Shown here: piece by piece, positions 22,309 through 33,844 of the stretch
Position numbering within the stretch: position 1 is the stretch's first letter
How the letters are laid out: each line of letters starts with the position of its first letter
Assembly: GCA_010356995.1 (NCBI GenBank)
Contig: ML996691.1
Coordinates: forward strand, 1 to 64,000
Direction of reading: 5' to 3'
From: Trichodelitschia bisporula
Lineage: Eukaryota
Length of the DNA stretch: 64,000 bases
Translations under genes and position numbers: made by a program
The notes under the pieces: model-generated
What the model was told of the DNA's origin: nothing
The model's input: the letters and a program-made list of their open reading frames with translations, nothing else
Databases searched by the model: none

Positions 22309-23483
22309 TTTTAGCTTGACACTGGTGACTCTGCTGAAGATCGGGGGACAGGTGTTAGAGTGTTTGAGGACGTATGATGCAAGCCCAGATTGTGGAAATG
22401 TTGCGGTTTTTATTCTCCGTACGTCGAAATTGCGGTTCTAGTTGCCTGCAACCCGGTCTGCTGTCACCAGAAAGCCATTCTTTCATGCGACAAAGAGGGG
22501 GTATATGTGTCCAAAGCTGGGTAGACTTTCTATTCAAGAAGGGTAGGATCCAGATCCCCGTCTGAGACAGTCGCAGAGCGGACGCTTGTCCCAAAAGAAT
22601 CCGGAAGAACTCACAACCGCGATATACGTTTGTTCGGCAGCCTAGACATTCTTAGGACCCAGAACAGTCACCAGAAAGTTGTGGCCGCCTCTCAGAGCAA
22701 CTTTACGCACAAGTGCGGCCACGACCTTCCGGTGGCCTGACATGTCGGCCTGACGATATTTTGATATCGACTCACATATGCGTTCCAGGACCCGTTCGAA
22801 GCTTTTCTTCGCAGAACCCCGGTCGTGTGCGTATCCGGAACCAAGTATTCCAGAACGTTGGCTGGACTGCTGACGCCAGAAACAACGGAAGCTTAAGGAA
22901 GCGGAGACGGAGTGTGTCGATTTTGATAAAGAGATTTAGCAGCTCAACCCTGAACAGGAGAACTTCAAATTTTAGCCGTAGAACAAACAACAGTGCTTTG
23001 TGGTCGAAGTTCAGCGAGGAGAATTGGTGACGTTGAGCCTACCGTAGAGAACGTTCGAAGGGGATCCGATTCCAGCTTAGGCCCCGAGATCGCAGTCGCC
23101 ACGATAGGGAATATTTGCTGAGATGGTGTACCTAGTCCGTTTGCCTTCACGGCGGTGCATAATGGGGAGCCACAATTCCATGACCTTTTCGGTATGGACA
23201 TGGCGTCGACGCAAACAGTGCATCACTCTTCTAATGTTAGCTTCCAAAGTTAGCTTCCTCCTGTCTGAAGTGCTCGGGTCTCGCTCACCGTTAGGACCCT
23301 GAAGTTGACGGGTCTGAACAGTCCTCCACGAAGCTGGGACTCCGATTTCCCCGACATGTCGGGTCCTGCAAGGCCTCGTCCGAGAGTATATAGAATCCTA
23401 TCACCCTTGCCATCAACACACTCGACCTTCCATCTGCTCCACATCAAGTCTCAATAAACCATACAAACCTGCATCGCAAGAAA

Positions 23484-24742
23484 ATGCCAGCTGTCAGACA
23501 CGCTCTCAGGGATCCCACCCGCCACAATTTTGACTTTCAACACTCGCGATGGGCGTTGCATCCAACACCCGCCCCATACTCTATCCGGTCCTTGAAGAAC
23601 CGCCGCCGAAGTTCCGGACCGCTGCTTCTACGATATGCCTGGTCCAATGGCCGGGGATTGTATCGCAGAGATGTTGAGCCGGAGCCACTACCCGAGTAAG
23701 CCCATCGCCCCGGACGACCGCCTTGACTGACGTAGTCAGCGGTGCAAGCAGCGATACCGGATATGACGCTGACGTGGAGGACTTCGCATGTCCCACGAAT
23801 ACGGGCAACGCATGTCCCGCAAATACGGAATATCCATGTCCCACGAATGCGGACAACGTATGTCCCGCGAACTTCGACAACGGGCAGCACACCGATGACC
23901 CCGCCAACCCGAAATATGACTGGAAGCGGATCTCGCGTCCTTCAGCCCATGAAGATTCCTACGCCGACCGCGTTGGCTCGCCTGCCGAACTCGACCTGGG
24001 CGGATACTATCCGCCAAGTCAGCTTCCTCGACTGCAGCAAACGGTTGCTCCCCCGACTCAACCTGCAGTTGGCGTGCAAGTTACGCTCCATTTTAAAGTT
24101 TCAACACCCGCCGGGGCCGGGGATTTCTCTGTGAACGCAGCCAATACGCTCGGTCTCCACGTTACGGTACAGATTCCTTTGGCACCAGCCGTCAACACGA
24201 GCTCTGCGCAACAAGCCGAACCGGCGAATGTTCCAATCGGACATCCGCGTCACATTTATGGAGTGTTGGACACGTGGACCGCAGATGGTGTGAGGTGGCA
24301 GGCAATGAGAAGACGCTTCGCTGAGACTGATGATCTGGGAACCAACAACGATTTCGCCTCTTGGGAAGAGGAGGTGGTCCCTGCAAATGGGCTTGGAACT
24401 GTTGCGGGTATCGAGGGGGACAGCCACCCAACGGACCCGGAGGAGCCTCAGATAAAGGTGGAAGGTGGAACGCCGGACGGGGTGAGGGATGATGAGGATA
24501 ACAGCATACCTGGGATTGCGCCGAGTACCAACGGGGAAAGCCATCCGTCGGGCGCGGAGGAGACTCCGATAAAGGTGGAAGGTGAAACGCCAGAGTGGAT
24601 GCGGGGTGATGAGGGTGATGGCATGCCTGGGACTGTTAGGAGTACTGAAGGGGACAACCATTTGCCGGTCTCGGAGGAGCTCGACCCTCAGATAACGGTG
24701 GAAGAGGAACTGCCCGACTGGTTGAACATTAAATTGAGATAA
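23484..24742 (+). CDS. Hypothetical acidic protein with CPxN repeats and 39-aa IKVE repeats
   Basis: Exons 23484-23695 and 23740-24742; 44-nt intron GTAAGC..CTGAC..CAG, phase 2 consistent. Confidence 0.65.
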
Positions 24743-25684
24743 TAACATGGCTGGGTCTTCCGACGCTTGACTTGATCGGCGTGCGGAAAGCAGTGGACAG
24801 CAAGGTCAATCAAATGTCTCCTCGAGAGCAAAGAGGATGAAAATGAACTTGCATATAGGCTGCCGATGTGCGGTATGGCTTTATGCGAGTGCTCTCGTGT
24901 TGCCGTCCGCTAGAGGCTTCATAATCCATCAAACGACCTATTCAAATATCCATCGTGAATGAGACTATATCGCAGGCTTTCAAATCAGGCCTCGACGCGG
25001 ATCTGGCGCTTTCAACATCATAGAAGGCACGTACATGGAGGTGGAGAGGGCTTTAAATATACTTCGAGGCCTCGGAGGTCGGTGCTACTGGTCCGCCCGA
25101 GGGTTTGCGTTTCTATGCACCCATGGCACCCCGCTTATCTAGCCTTGATCATTCGAAGCAGACGGTGGGACACTCTGAGCTGTGGTAGTGGATAACTTGT
25201 GATAGTAGCATATTGGGCACAGGTTCGATACGAACTGAATTGACTATGTCTGAAATATATGCCCCTGATGCAGGTAGGATGCAATGCGACCAAAAGGCTG
25301 TCCAATTGAGAAGACAGTTAAGAGGGCCCCAAAAGGACACGTGGATCCAGAGTCAGTAGCATGAATTCTTGAGAATAATGTGGTGTTATGTGATGTCAGA
25401 AAATTCGTTGCAGGCTGTGGGCAGGGAGGTCGCCAAGAAGTCAAGATGCATGAGGTGACGTCGGGCGGCTAGCATTTTCGTTGCTCGGCAACGACCCCTG
25501 CAACATCAAACATCGAACACCCAAGCTCACCGCTGCACACTACTACCACCACATCCCTCTCCATCCAACGAACCCCACACCCACACCCGCCTCATCTCAT
25601 CGCTTGAGATCTCGCCGGTCTCAACACCGTATCCTCACTCACCACCCTCTTTTCCACTTTCATTCTATCCATATCACCGCAATC

Positions 25685-27685
25685 ATGAGCGTGCGCGTCG
25701 TTGCGCGTATCCGGCCGCTGCTGAAGCAGGAGTCCGCAAGCGACATCATCGTCCACGCTGCACCGGCTGGTGCTGACCCGCACGGCGCGCCTACAGTCGT
25801 GAAGATTCCGAATCCGAAGAATGATGCCGAGCAATTCAGCTTCCAGTTCAACAGCGTGTATGGCGCAGACGCGACGCAGCAGCAAGTGTTCGATTGCGAG
25901 GGTGAGTACTCGTCTCTAGTCGCTGAAAATACGCTAACTCGGATAGTTGCTCCTACCGTCAAACACCTTTTCAACGGCGGCGATGTCACCCTCTTCGCCT
26001 ACGGCGTAACCGGCACCGGAAAGACGCACACAATGCGCGGCGGCAAGTCGCTGGCAGACCGCGGCGTGATCCCTCGTCTTCTCAGTGGCATCTTCCGGCG
26101 CGGACGCAAGGTCATGTCCTCGGGCACCCACATCGAAGTGCGCATGAGTTATTATGAGATCTACAACGACCGCGTCTACGACCTTTTCGAGCCGCCGGAG
26201 AAGCGCACCGCGGCGGGTCTGCCCATCCGCGACAATGGCGGCAAGAGCGTTGTCGTCGGCCTCACGGAGCGTCCGTGCGAAACGCTTAAGGACTTTGAGA
26301 CGCTGTATGATGCTGCTAATATCAACCGTTCGACATCGGCAACGAAACTCAACGCGCATTCATCGCGCTCGCATGCCATTCTCTGTGTTAAGCTGCACCA
26401 GACAACCGGCGAGACGACGACAGTGAGCACAGCGTCGGCCATCGATCTCGCTGGATCGGAAGACAACCGACGCACGGAAAATAACAAGGACCGCATGGTT
26501 GAGTCGGCCAGCATCAACAAATCCCTCTTCGTCCTCGCCCAATGCGTCGAGGCCATCTCACGCAAGCAGCCGCGCGTCCCCTACCGCGAATCAAAAATGA
26601 CACGCATTTTGAGTCTTGGCCAGAACAACGGCCTGACAGTCATGATCCTCAACCTCGCCCCTGTGCGCTCCTACCACCTCGACACCCTCAGCAGTCTCAA
26701 CTTCGCCAACCGCACCAAGAAAATCGAGGTCGCGGCCCCACCCTCGCCCGAGCGGAAACTCCTCAACCGACAGCCTCTGCGGCCTCTCGCTGTTAACGCC
26801 CCCGTAATCGTCAACCCGGAGCGCAAAAAACTAACCAAGTCGTTCGCTGTCTTCACGGATAACGCGCGCGACCCGCCTCCGTCCTCGCGCGCAGCCCCGC
26901 GCCCGTTCAAACGCCCCAGCACGATGAGCAGCAACGCGAACACGAGCACGAGTAAATCCTCCGAACCCACCATCGCAGGTATGACCAAAGCCGACATCGA
27001 AGCCATGATCGAAGCGCGCCTCGCCCGCATGGCAGCCCCCCCAGCCCCCGCCCCCTTACCCGTGGAGCTACAGACCCGGTTAGCCAAACTCGAGGCCCGT
27101 GTCGCGGAAAAGGAGGACAGCGAGGGACTGCAGCACCTCCTGCTAGCGCGGCAGGCTCAAGCCCGTGGCGACGATGTCACGGCGCTGAGATTGTACACGC
27201 GTGCCCGGCCCTTCTTTCCCGGAAATGAGAAGTTACTCGCGCGGATTCGGGGCCTGGAGGAGAAGCTCAGGGATGTGCCTGGTGCGACGCCGGTGCGCCG
27301 GAAGAGGAGGGTTAGTGAAGCGAGTGAGTGGGCGCCGACGCCGGAAGTGGACGAGCGGCCGGTTAAGAGGGGGAAGTTGACGATTCATCGGGATGAGGCT
27401 ATTGAGATGGGGGCGAGGCCTAAGGTTAAGATGATGATTCATCGGGATGGGGAGGGGGAGGGACAGACGCCGCGGACGGCGAGTGTGTTGCGGATTATTA
27501 ATTCTCGCGACACTGGGATGATTCGTGGGCTGCACGGGGTGGGCGCGAAGAGGGCGGAGGCGATTGCGGAGGAGTTGTGGGCGCAGGATGAGGGGGAGAT
27601 TCGGGATTTGGCGGCCTTGGGACGGGTGAAGGGTGTTGGTGCGAGGTTGGTGGAGAAGTGGCGGGAGGGGGTTGAGGAAGTTTAG
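25685..27685 (+). CDS. Kinesin with C-terminal helix-hairpin-helix DNA-binding domain (kinesin-10/KIF22/Nod-like)
   Basis: MSVRVVARIRP, P-loop GVTGTGKT, NAHSSRSH, DLAGSED, VPYRESKMTRIL; HhH motifs LHGVGAKRA and VKGVGARL. 45-nt intron 25902-25946. Confidence 0.92.
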   Translation: MSVRVVARIRPLLKQESASDIIVHAAPAGADPHGAPTVVKIPNPKNDAEQFSFQFNSVYGADATQQQVFDCEGEYSSLVAENTLTRIVAPTVKHLFNGGDVTLFAYGVTGTGKTHTMRGGKSLADRGVIPRLLSGIFRRGRKVMSSGTHIEVRMSYYEIYNDRVYDLFEPPEKRTAAGLPIRDNGGKSVVVGLTERPCETLKDFETLYDAANINRSTSATKLNAHSSRSHAILCVKLHQTTGETTTVSTASAIDLAGSEDNRRTENNKDRMVESASINKSLFVLAQCVEAISRKQPRVPYRESKMTRILSLGQNNGLTVMILNLAPVRSYHLDTLSSLNFANRTKKIEVAAPPSPERKLLNRQPLRPLAVNAPVIVNPERKKLTKSFAVFTDNARDPPPSSRAAPRPFKRPSTMSSNANTSTSKSSEPTIAGMTKADIEAMIEARLARMAAPPAPAPLPVELQTRLAKLEARVAEKEDSEGLQHLLLARQAQARGDDVTALRLYTRARPFFPGNEKLLARIRGLEEKLRDVPGATPVRRKRRVSEASEWAPTPEVDERPVKRGKLTIHRDEAIEMGARPKVKMMIHRDGEGEGQTPRTASVLRIINSRDTGMIRGLHGVGAKRAEAIAEELWAQDEGEIRDLAALGRVKGVGARLVEKWREGVEEV

Positions 27686-28155
27686 GGATGGGATTGATGA
27701 GCTTGGATGGAACTGGATACGATTACAGCTGTTGAGTGCTGTCTACTGTCTCCTTCCGTGTTGGAGATGTGCACTGCCTGGAAATGGAGTTTGCGGAACA
27801 GCGTGGATGGGTTTCGAGGGAGGGTCTCACGGTCAGTGGGGGCTTACTCTCTGCGTCGATATGTACACATCTTGAGATCGAAGTGTGCATAGGGACATGG
27901 ACGGCGGCATCAGCGTGGCGTTAGGCGGTGGTTCACGGGATCTGATGGGGGAACGAGGTCCGGCGGCGGCGTTTGAACATTACCAATTGCAACACACTAC
28001 ATGAACTACATACGGGGAATCATGCTGCACCCATGAACGTAACCAATTCAAACCACAGAAAAAAAGTCAAAACGCCATCCAACACTCCATACACCTAAAC
28101 ACCCCTTCCTCCTCCTATCCTTCCCCCTTCCATGCTCCCCGCACTATTTTTCCCT

Positions 28156-30112
28156 TCACCGCGCAATAAACTCCGGCTTCCGCGCCAAATTCACAACCGG
28201 CGGCGGTCCATCCGCCTCCGGATATGGCAACGGCCTGCGCCCCCCGCGTTCCGGCGCATTCAACGGCGTCTTCGGCGGCAGCGGCGGCGGCAAGCCCGTA
28301 GGACCCCCTGGCGGCCCAGCAAGCGGCATACCTGGCACCATGCCCTCCGGATGCTCGCCCGAATACCGCGGACTCCCACCCGGCGGACTCGGACGCTGAT
28401 ACTGCGCGCCCACACCCGCGGCGCCCCCCTGCGGGACGAGGTCGCCGCTGTGTCGCGGACTGTCGTACACGAAGGGTTCGTCGGCCGTGACTACGAATTT
28501 GTCGTCGTCGGAGGGCGTGTAGCTGTTCGCATGCGACGCCGGGCGGCTGGGCACGGGCGCGGTGCTCGTCGGGCGGCTGGGGGGCTGGAGCGTAAAGAGC
28601 GGGTTCGGTCTCAGGTGCGCGAGATTCTGTGGTGGGAGGTCGTTGGCGGGCAATTCGATGGCGCCGGGGACGCGGGGCGGGACCGGGAAGCCGGGGTTCA
28701 GTGGGGGTGATTCCCAGCTATGCCGGCGGTTGGGCACGCTACCCGACTGAAGGCGATTCCAGCGGGCGTTTTGGCGCTGGATACGGGCGAGACGTTGGGC
28801 GGAGCCGAGGGTCATGGCTTGCACGTCTGGGGAGGCGAGATACAGTCTTGTGTTGGTGCTGATGTCGCCGAGGCGGTTCCACTCGTTCATGCCGAATTCG
28901 CCGACGCCGACGTCGACGTTCAGGCGGAAGTAGTTACTCGGCAGGACGTTGCGCTCCGCCAGATGCGTGGAGAGCATGTACTGGTGCGTCTCCTCACACC
29001 CCTCGATTTTCGAAATCAGCCTTCTCCGCGCTTCAGCGAAGTCGCCCATTCCGCCGCCGACGAAGCCCTCCCACCAAAGGTGTTGCTGGGCGTTTGTGCC
29101 AGATGGCCGCTTGCCGGTGCCGATGGAGACGAAGACGCCGATTTCGCGGCCAGGCCATTCGTTGCAGACTGCTTCGTCGAGGGCTACAGGGGCGGGGTTG
29201 TATTTCCCCGAGCCTTCGTCGAGGAATTCGCTGTGGCCGATGCGGATGGGTTTGAAGGCGAGGGCGGTGGCGGAGGTTGCGCGGCCGGCTTGCCATATTG
29301 TACAGCGGCTTTCTGGGGCGGGCTCTTTGCGCGAGTCGTAGGAGCGGAGCAGGATTGCGGCTCCTCCGCGACGGGTGCCTTTGTAGACGGCGGTAACGGC
29401 GCTGGGATGTTAGTCAGGCTGAAAGGGGAGGGGAAATGGAAACATACGTTTTCGTCCGGTTCTCACGCGTATCGTAAAGCAGTGCATTCGGGTCACCCCA
29501 TCCGCTCACGCTGCCACGCACGCTCTTGACGCCAATCTGGCTATACCGGCTAGCAACGCTAGGGGAGCGGTTTGGGCGACCGAATGCGCTCCCGGGCGTC
29601 ATGGGCAAGTCATCATCGCCCTCAACGTCAAGGGTGTCATTCCCTTCGTCCGCATAGACAGTGTGCTCGCGAACGCAGTCGCGGATCGCTTCCTCCAGCT
29701 TGCTGGCCTTGAACAGGGTAGAGCGGTACGGGATCCCAGCGATAGTCTTGTCGGTCTCGAAGACGCGCTTCGTCATGCGCACATACACGTCCTTGCAAGT
29801 CTCGATGCTAAGCCGCATGCGCCCCAGCATCAGCGCGATAAGCCCACCCGTCCCCGTACCGACGATGAGGTCGAAGTGATCGCAGGGCTTCGGGACTTCA
29901 TTCCGCTTCGGCGCACGCCCCTCGCTCTCAACGAAGGTCCGGTGCATGATTTCTTGCAGGATAATGAGCATCGAGTAGCCCCGCACGCCGCCGCCATCTA
30001 AATTGTCAGTGGTGTCAGAGGGTTAGGGTTAAAGTGGAGTGATGAACGTACCGAGTGAAAGCACCCGTAGCGGGGGACCCTTGGTGGTGTCTTTGCGGCG
30101 CAGGCCTTCCAT
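28156..30112 (-). CDS. Patatin-like (FabD/lysophospholipase-fold) protein with a Pro-rich tail; catalytic Ser absent
   Basis: Exons 30112-30052, 29997-29448, 29401-28156. Motifs LRVLSLDGGGVRG, PCDHFDLIVGTGTGGLIA, GRATSA, FLDEG..YNP, FVSIGTG, YFRLNV. Confidence 0.9.
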
Positions 30113-30421
30113 TGTGCCTTGTGAGTTGTGGTCGGCGGGGTGTAGAGGGATGCCAGCAAAGTTCTAGGAAAACGATCGTGAGGTGTAGAGTGTTGATGTG
30201 TAGAGGTGCAGTGAAGTTGGTGATAGCTGACGCCTTGAGGTTGCGTCACCCACCGCCACCGACGCATTTAGCGCCGGCCAAGCACAGCCACTTTGTTGAT
30301 GCCCCAGGCATTCAAGCATCACGGTCATCGAAGGTCATCAAATGGTGTGACAGTAAGCATCACCGTCTATTCAGTGCATCTGTAGTTACATAATACATCA
30401 AGAGTTACTTCGCTCGCTGAA

Positions 30422-31739
30422 TCAACGCCGGAACCGCCCCTTGCCCTTCGCCTTGGTGTTCTGGTTCTTGATCTTGAGCTTGCGGAAGTTGCTCGCCGGC
30501 TTCGCCTTGCGCTTGATCGCCTTGGGCTTCTTGGCTGGAGTCTCGGGCGCCTCAGTGTCGTCGTCCACCGCCTCAGCCGCCCCGACCGCCTCGGGTTCCT
30601 TCTCCGCCTCCTCCTCGCTGTCGACTGGTTGCACCACAGGCGCCGCCTTAACGACGGGGCGCATATTGACCCGCCGCGTGGTGCGCTTCTGGCCTTTCTT
30701 CTTCCACGTTCGCGTCTGTGTCTCCGCTCCCGTCTCCGCTTGTTCCTCCTCCGGCTGCACAAAGCCCTCAGCATCTAACTCGCTGCTGCGTTCCATCGTC
30801 GTGTTCTTAATCATCTCGACAAGAGGATTCTTTTTCGCCTTCTTCGGCGGCGACCCGCCCTCCATCTCGCGCAGTATGGCCTCGTCTTCCTCCAGCTGGG
30901 CTTCCTCCTGCTCGCGCAGCTCCGCAATCATCTTGCTCAGCGGCTTGGAAGAGAACTTCGGCTTCCACGGCGCCGGGTCGAGCGCGCGTTCGAACTCCTC
31001 AGACACTGTTTCCAGGGCAGCGTAGCGTCCCAGCCCCGTCTCGCCCTCCTTCTTGGGTGACATGAACATGCGTAGATAGCGCCCCTTGCTCTCCGATTGC
31101 GGCGTGCGCCCACCGCGCGCCGGCGTGGCAAACTCGTAGTCGTCAGAGTTGCAAGTGCGCGAGGGTGTGTTTTGAATCGGCTCGAGAGGCGCGCGGGGCG
31201 GCGTGTCAAACAGCGAGATTGGGATGCCATTCTTCTGAGGGGTGGGCCCGATGCGGTCCTTCTTGAACTTGGCCTTTGGCGTCTCAAACAGTACCGGCGT
31301 GCGTATCTTCTGCGGCGTGACGTCCGAGGTGACAGTGTTTCCCCGGAATGCCTCGTACTTGCGCTTCTGCGGCGTGCTGACAGCTGCTTCTTTGCGCTCG
31401 ATAGCGGAGTGGGTGGTGGACCGCTCGGGGCGGGGAAGTCTGCGTGAAGGTGTGCCCGGTTCGGCGTACACTTGTGGGGTAGGTGTCGTCGCACGACGTG
31501 AGGGAGTGGTCGGGTCCTTTGGCTTCAGCGAGTCCTGCAGCTTATGGTACTCAGTGTATTTGGCGGCTGGTGGGATCAGCATTGCACACTCTCGACTGTC
31601 GAGCCGGTGACTTACCAATGGCGGGATCAGCTTTGATGTCGGCTTTGGCCGCTTTGCGGTCATGCTGGGCAAGGAAAGAGCGCTCCCAGGCCTTGAGTTC
31701 AGCGCGCAGAGCGACGCTGCGCTGCGTAAGAGACTCCAT
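30422..31739 (-). CDS. SLD2: DNA replication regulator Sld2/Drc1
   Basis: Exons 31739-31616 and 31566-30422. N-terminus LRAELKAWERSF..RKAAKADIK..IAAKYTEY, IGPTPQKNG, many TP sites, WKKKGQKRTTRRVNMRP, NFRKLKIK. Confidence 0.9.
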
Positions 31740-31955
31740 GATGGAGTAAGAATGCAGGTGAGGATGTGTGCGTGATGGATGAAGATGAGTTAGGTGCTGT
31801 TGAGTGTGAAGGCGTTGAAGGTGAAGGTGGTGAGGAGGTGAAAATGGCAATGCTGGTGACGTGTTATGGAATGGGTGAAGGATCAATGTTGACTAGACAT
31901 GTAGGGAAATGGAGGAGAATACGTTAGAAGATGTGGTGGAAGAGCTGTGGCCCCA

Positions 31956-31982
31956 ACGCGCTTCGCGACATCGCGACGCGTT
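31956..31982. promoter_or_regulatory. MCB/CGCG-box cluster in the SLD2-IST1 divergent promoter
   Basis: ACGCGCTTCGCGACATCGCGACGCGTT, with an exact ACGCGT at 31976-31981, ~240 bp upstream of SLD2. Confidence 0.6.
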
Positions 31983-32174
31983 AAAGCCACATGTGAGCAC
32001 AGGCCACTCCGGCCACACAACCCCCACGACCCCGCCTGCGCCACCTCCACCAAGGTTCCTGCGCTGCCTATCACCAACTACACACAACAGCGAAGCTACA
32101 TCTCTTCTCTTCTCATCCCACCTCTCTACTCTCGACATTCTCTCTTATTACTGAACACATTCACTGCCGCCACC

Positions 32175-33112
32175 ATGCCGACGCCTTCCACCCTCGTCGT
32201 ACGTTCCTCCTGTCCCTTCAACCACCACTAACCCCGCAGTCCCGCCTCAAGGTGCAGCTTAAGCTGTCTATATCTCGCCTCCGCATGATCCAGCAAAAGG
32301 ACACAGCACTAGCCAAACAACAACGTCGAGCTATGGCACAGCTCCTCGAGGTGCAGTCGGCCTCTCTACAACCCTGACCCGTCTAACTCCAGCAGCAAGA
32401 CAAGCTCGAATCCGCACGCATCAGGGTGGAGAACATCATTCGGAGCGACATAACAACCGAGCTACACGAGATTCTGGAGCTGTACTGCGAGCTCCTAATT
32501 GCACGCTCGCAGCTCCTCGACCCGCCCACCAGCCCTCTCCGCACCGATCCTCCCACCGTCGACCCTGGTCTCGAAGAAGCCGTCCGCAGCATCATCTATG
32601 CGGCACCTCGCACCGAGATCAAAGAACTACACGCCGCACGGGCGTTGCTGGTAGAGAAGTTTGGGAAGGAGTTTAGCGTCAGTGCGGTGGATGGCGAAGG
32701 CGTCGCGGACCGCGTACTCAAGAAGCTGGCTATCACGAGCCCGCCGCCCGAGCTCGTCGATGCGTATCTACGTGAGATAGGACGCACGTACGGCGTGCGC
32801 TTCCCCGGTGATCCGCCGCCGACGGAGGAGGATGACAGTGATGAGGGTGATGGCGGAACGAAGGTCAAGGCCCTCGAGGCGCCGATTGAGGCTGAGGAGC
32901 TCAGTCGCGCAACACCTCCAACTGACTTGGGCGTTAGCAGTCCGGTGCGGATTGCGCCGGCAAGTCCTAGTACGGAGAATGTCACGCCCAAGATCAAGTT
33001 ACCTGGACAGGGCGCGGCTAAGGCGAGGAGGACGAGTGAGGGGCGGCTAGTGGGGGGGAGTGTGCCGGATGTGGATGAGTTGTCGAAGCGGTTTGCGGCG
33101 CTGAAGCGGTAG
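32175..33112 (+). CDS. IST1: ESCRT-III-like Vps4 regulator Ist1
   Basis: Exons 32175-32198, 32240-32350, 32393 or 32396-33112. Motifs LKVQLKLSISRLRM, ARIRVENIIR, ELYCELL, IIYAAPR, C-terminal MIM1 DELSKRFAALKR. Confidence 0.93.
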
Positions 33113-33844
33113 TATCGTGGTTAGGGTGCAAACTGATAGGCGTTTAGAGACGGTCGCTGCTGGGCGGTTATGAATTCATCATTGGCCATCATCAGCTTCC
33201 TTTCCACAGCGTGCCTTTCGCCATAGGACAGTGATCATCAGGCACGGCCTTACTGATGTTTTCCTAGTTCAAGGTCGACCAATCGGACAGGAAATCGTCC
33301 CTCACAGCCCTAGGTCTGGTGTCCCTGGGTTACTTCTCATCTCAGCCTTGGCGATTCAGCCTTGTCCTACAACCTCAACACTACAACGAACAATCACCAC
33401 AATTGGGAATTCCGAGCAAATGGCCGTCCAGCATTTCCGGCACATGGCTCCTCGGGTGCAACCAAAACGGGCAACAAGCTACACGAGCTAACGGTGTACG
33501 AAAGTCCAGTCCCACCCCGCACGAGCCGCCCTCAATCCGCAACAAGACACGGGCACGCCCAAGAACACCACCAAAATAGGCCACCTCGGCGACTACACCT
33601 ATACGGAGAGTAAATTGGATCATGCGCCGAACAGACGGAGCCCAGCCCTCCGGCACCAAATTTCCTGATTATTCCCAATTTGAGAGCCCTTCTAGACGGT
33701 TTCTCCGGAAGCTTATGCTCCGCTAACGGCCCTCAATTTATGTCCCATGTAGCACCCGTGGCGTTCAGCTCCAGCTCGTATATCACCTTCCCCACGCCCC
33801 AGCCGCACTCCTCACGACACGTCAAACTCCCCACCGTCGCCAAA

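Noticed and set aside
22355..23447. Minus-strand ORF fragments with splice-like signals upstream of the 22308 gene
   Set aside because: Frames are interrupted by stops and no coherent model was found; may be a decayed gene.
25195..25260. GGTTCGA and CTGA words suggesting a tRNA or C/D snoRNA
   Set aside because: No cloverleaf stems, no canonical RTGATGA C box and no terminal stem.
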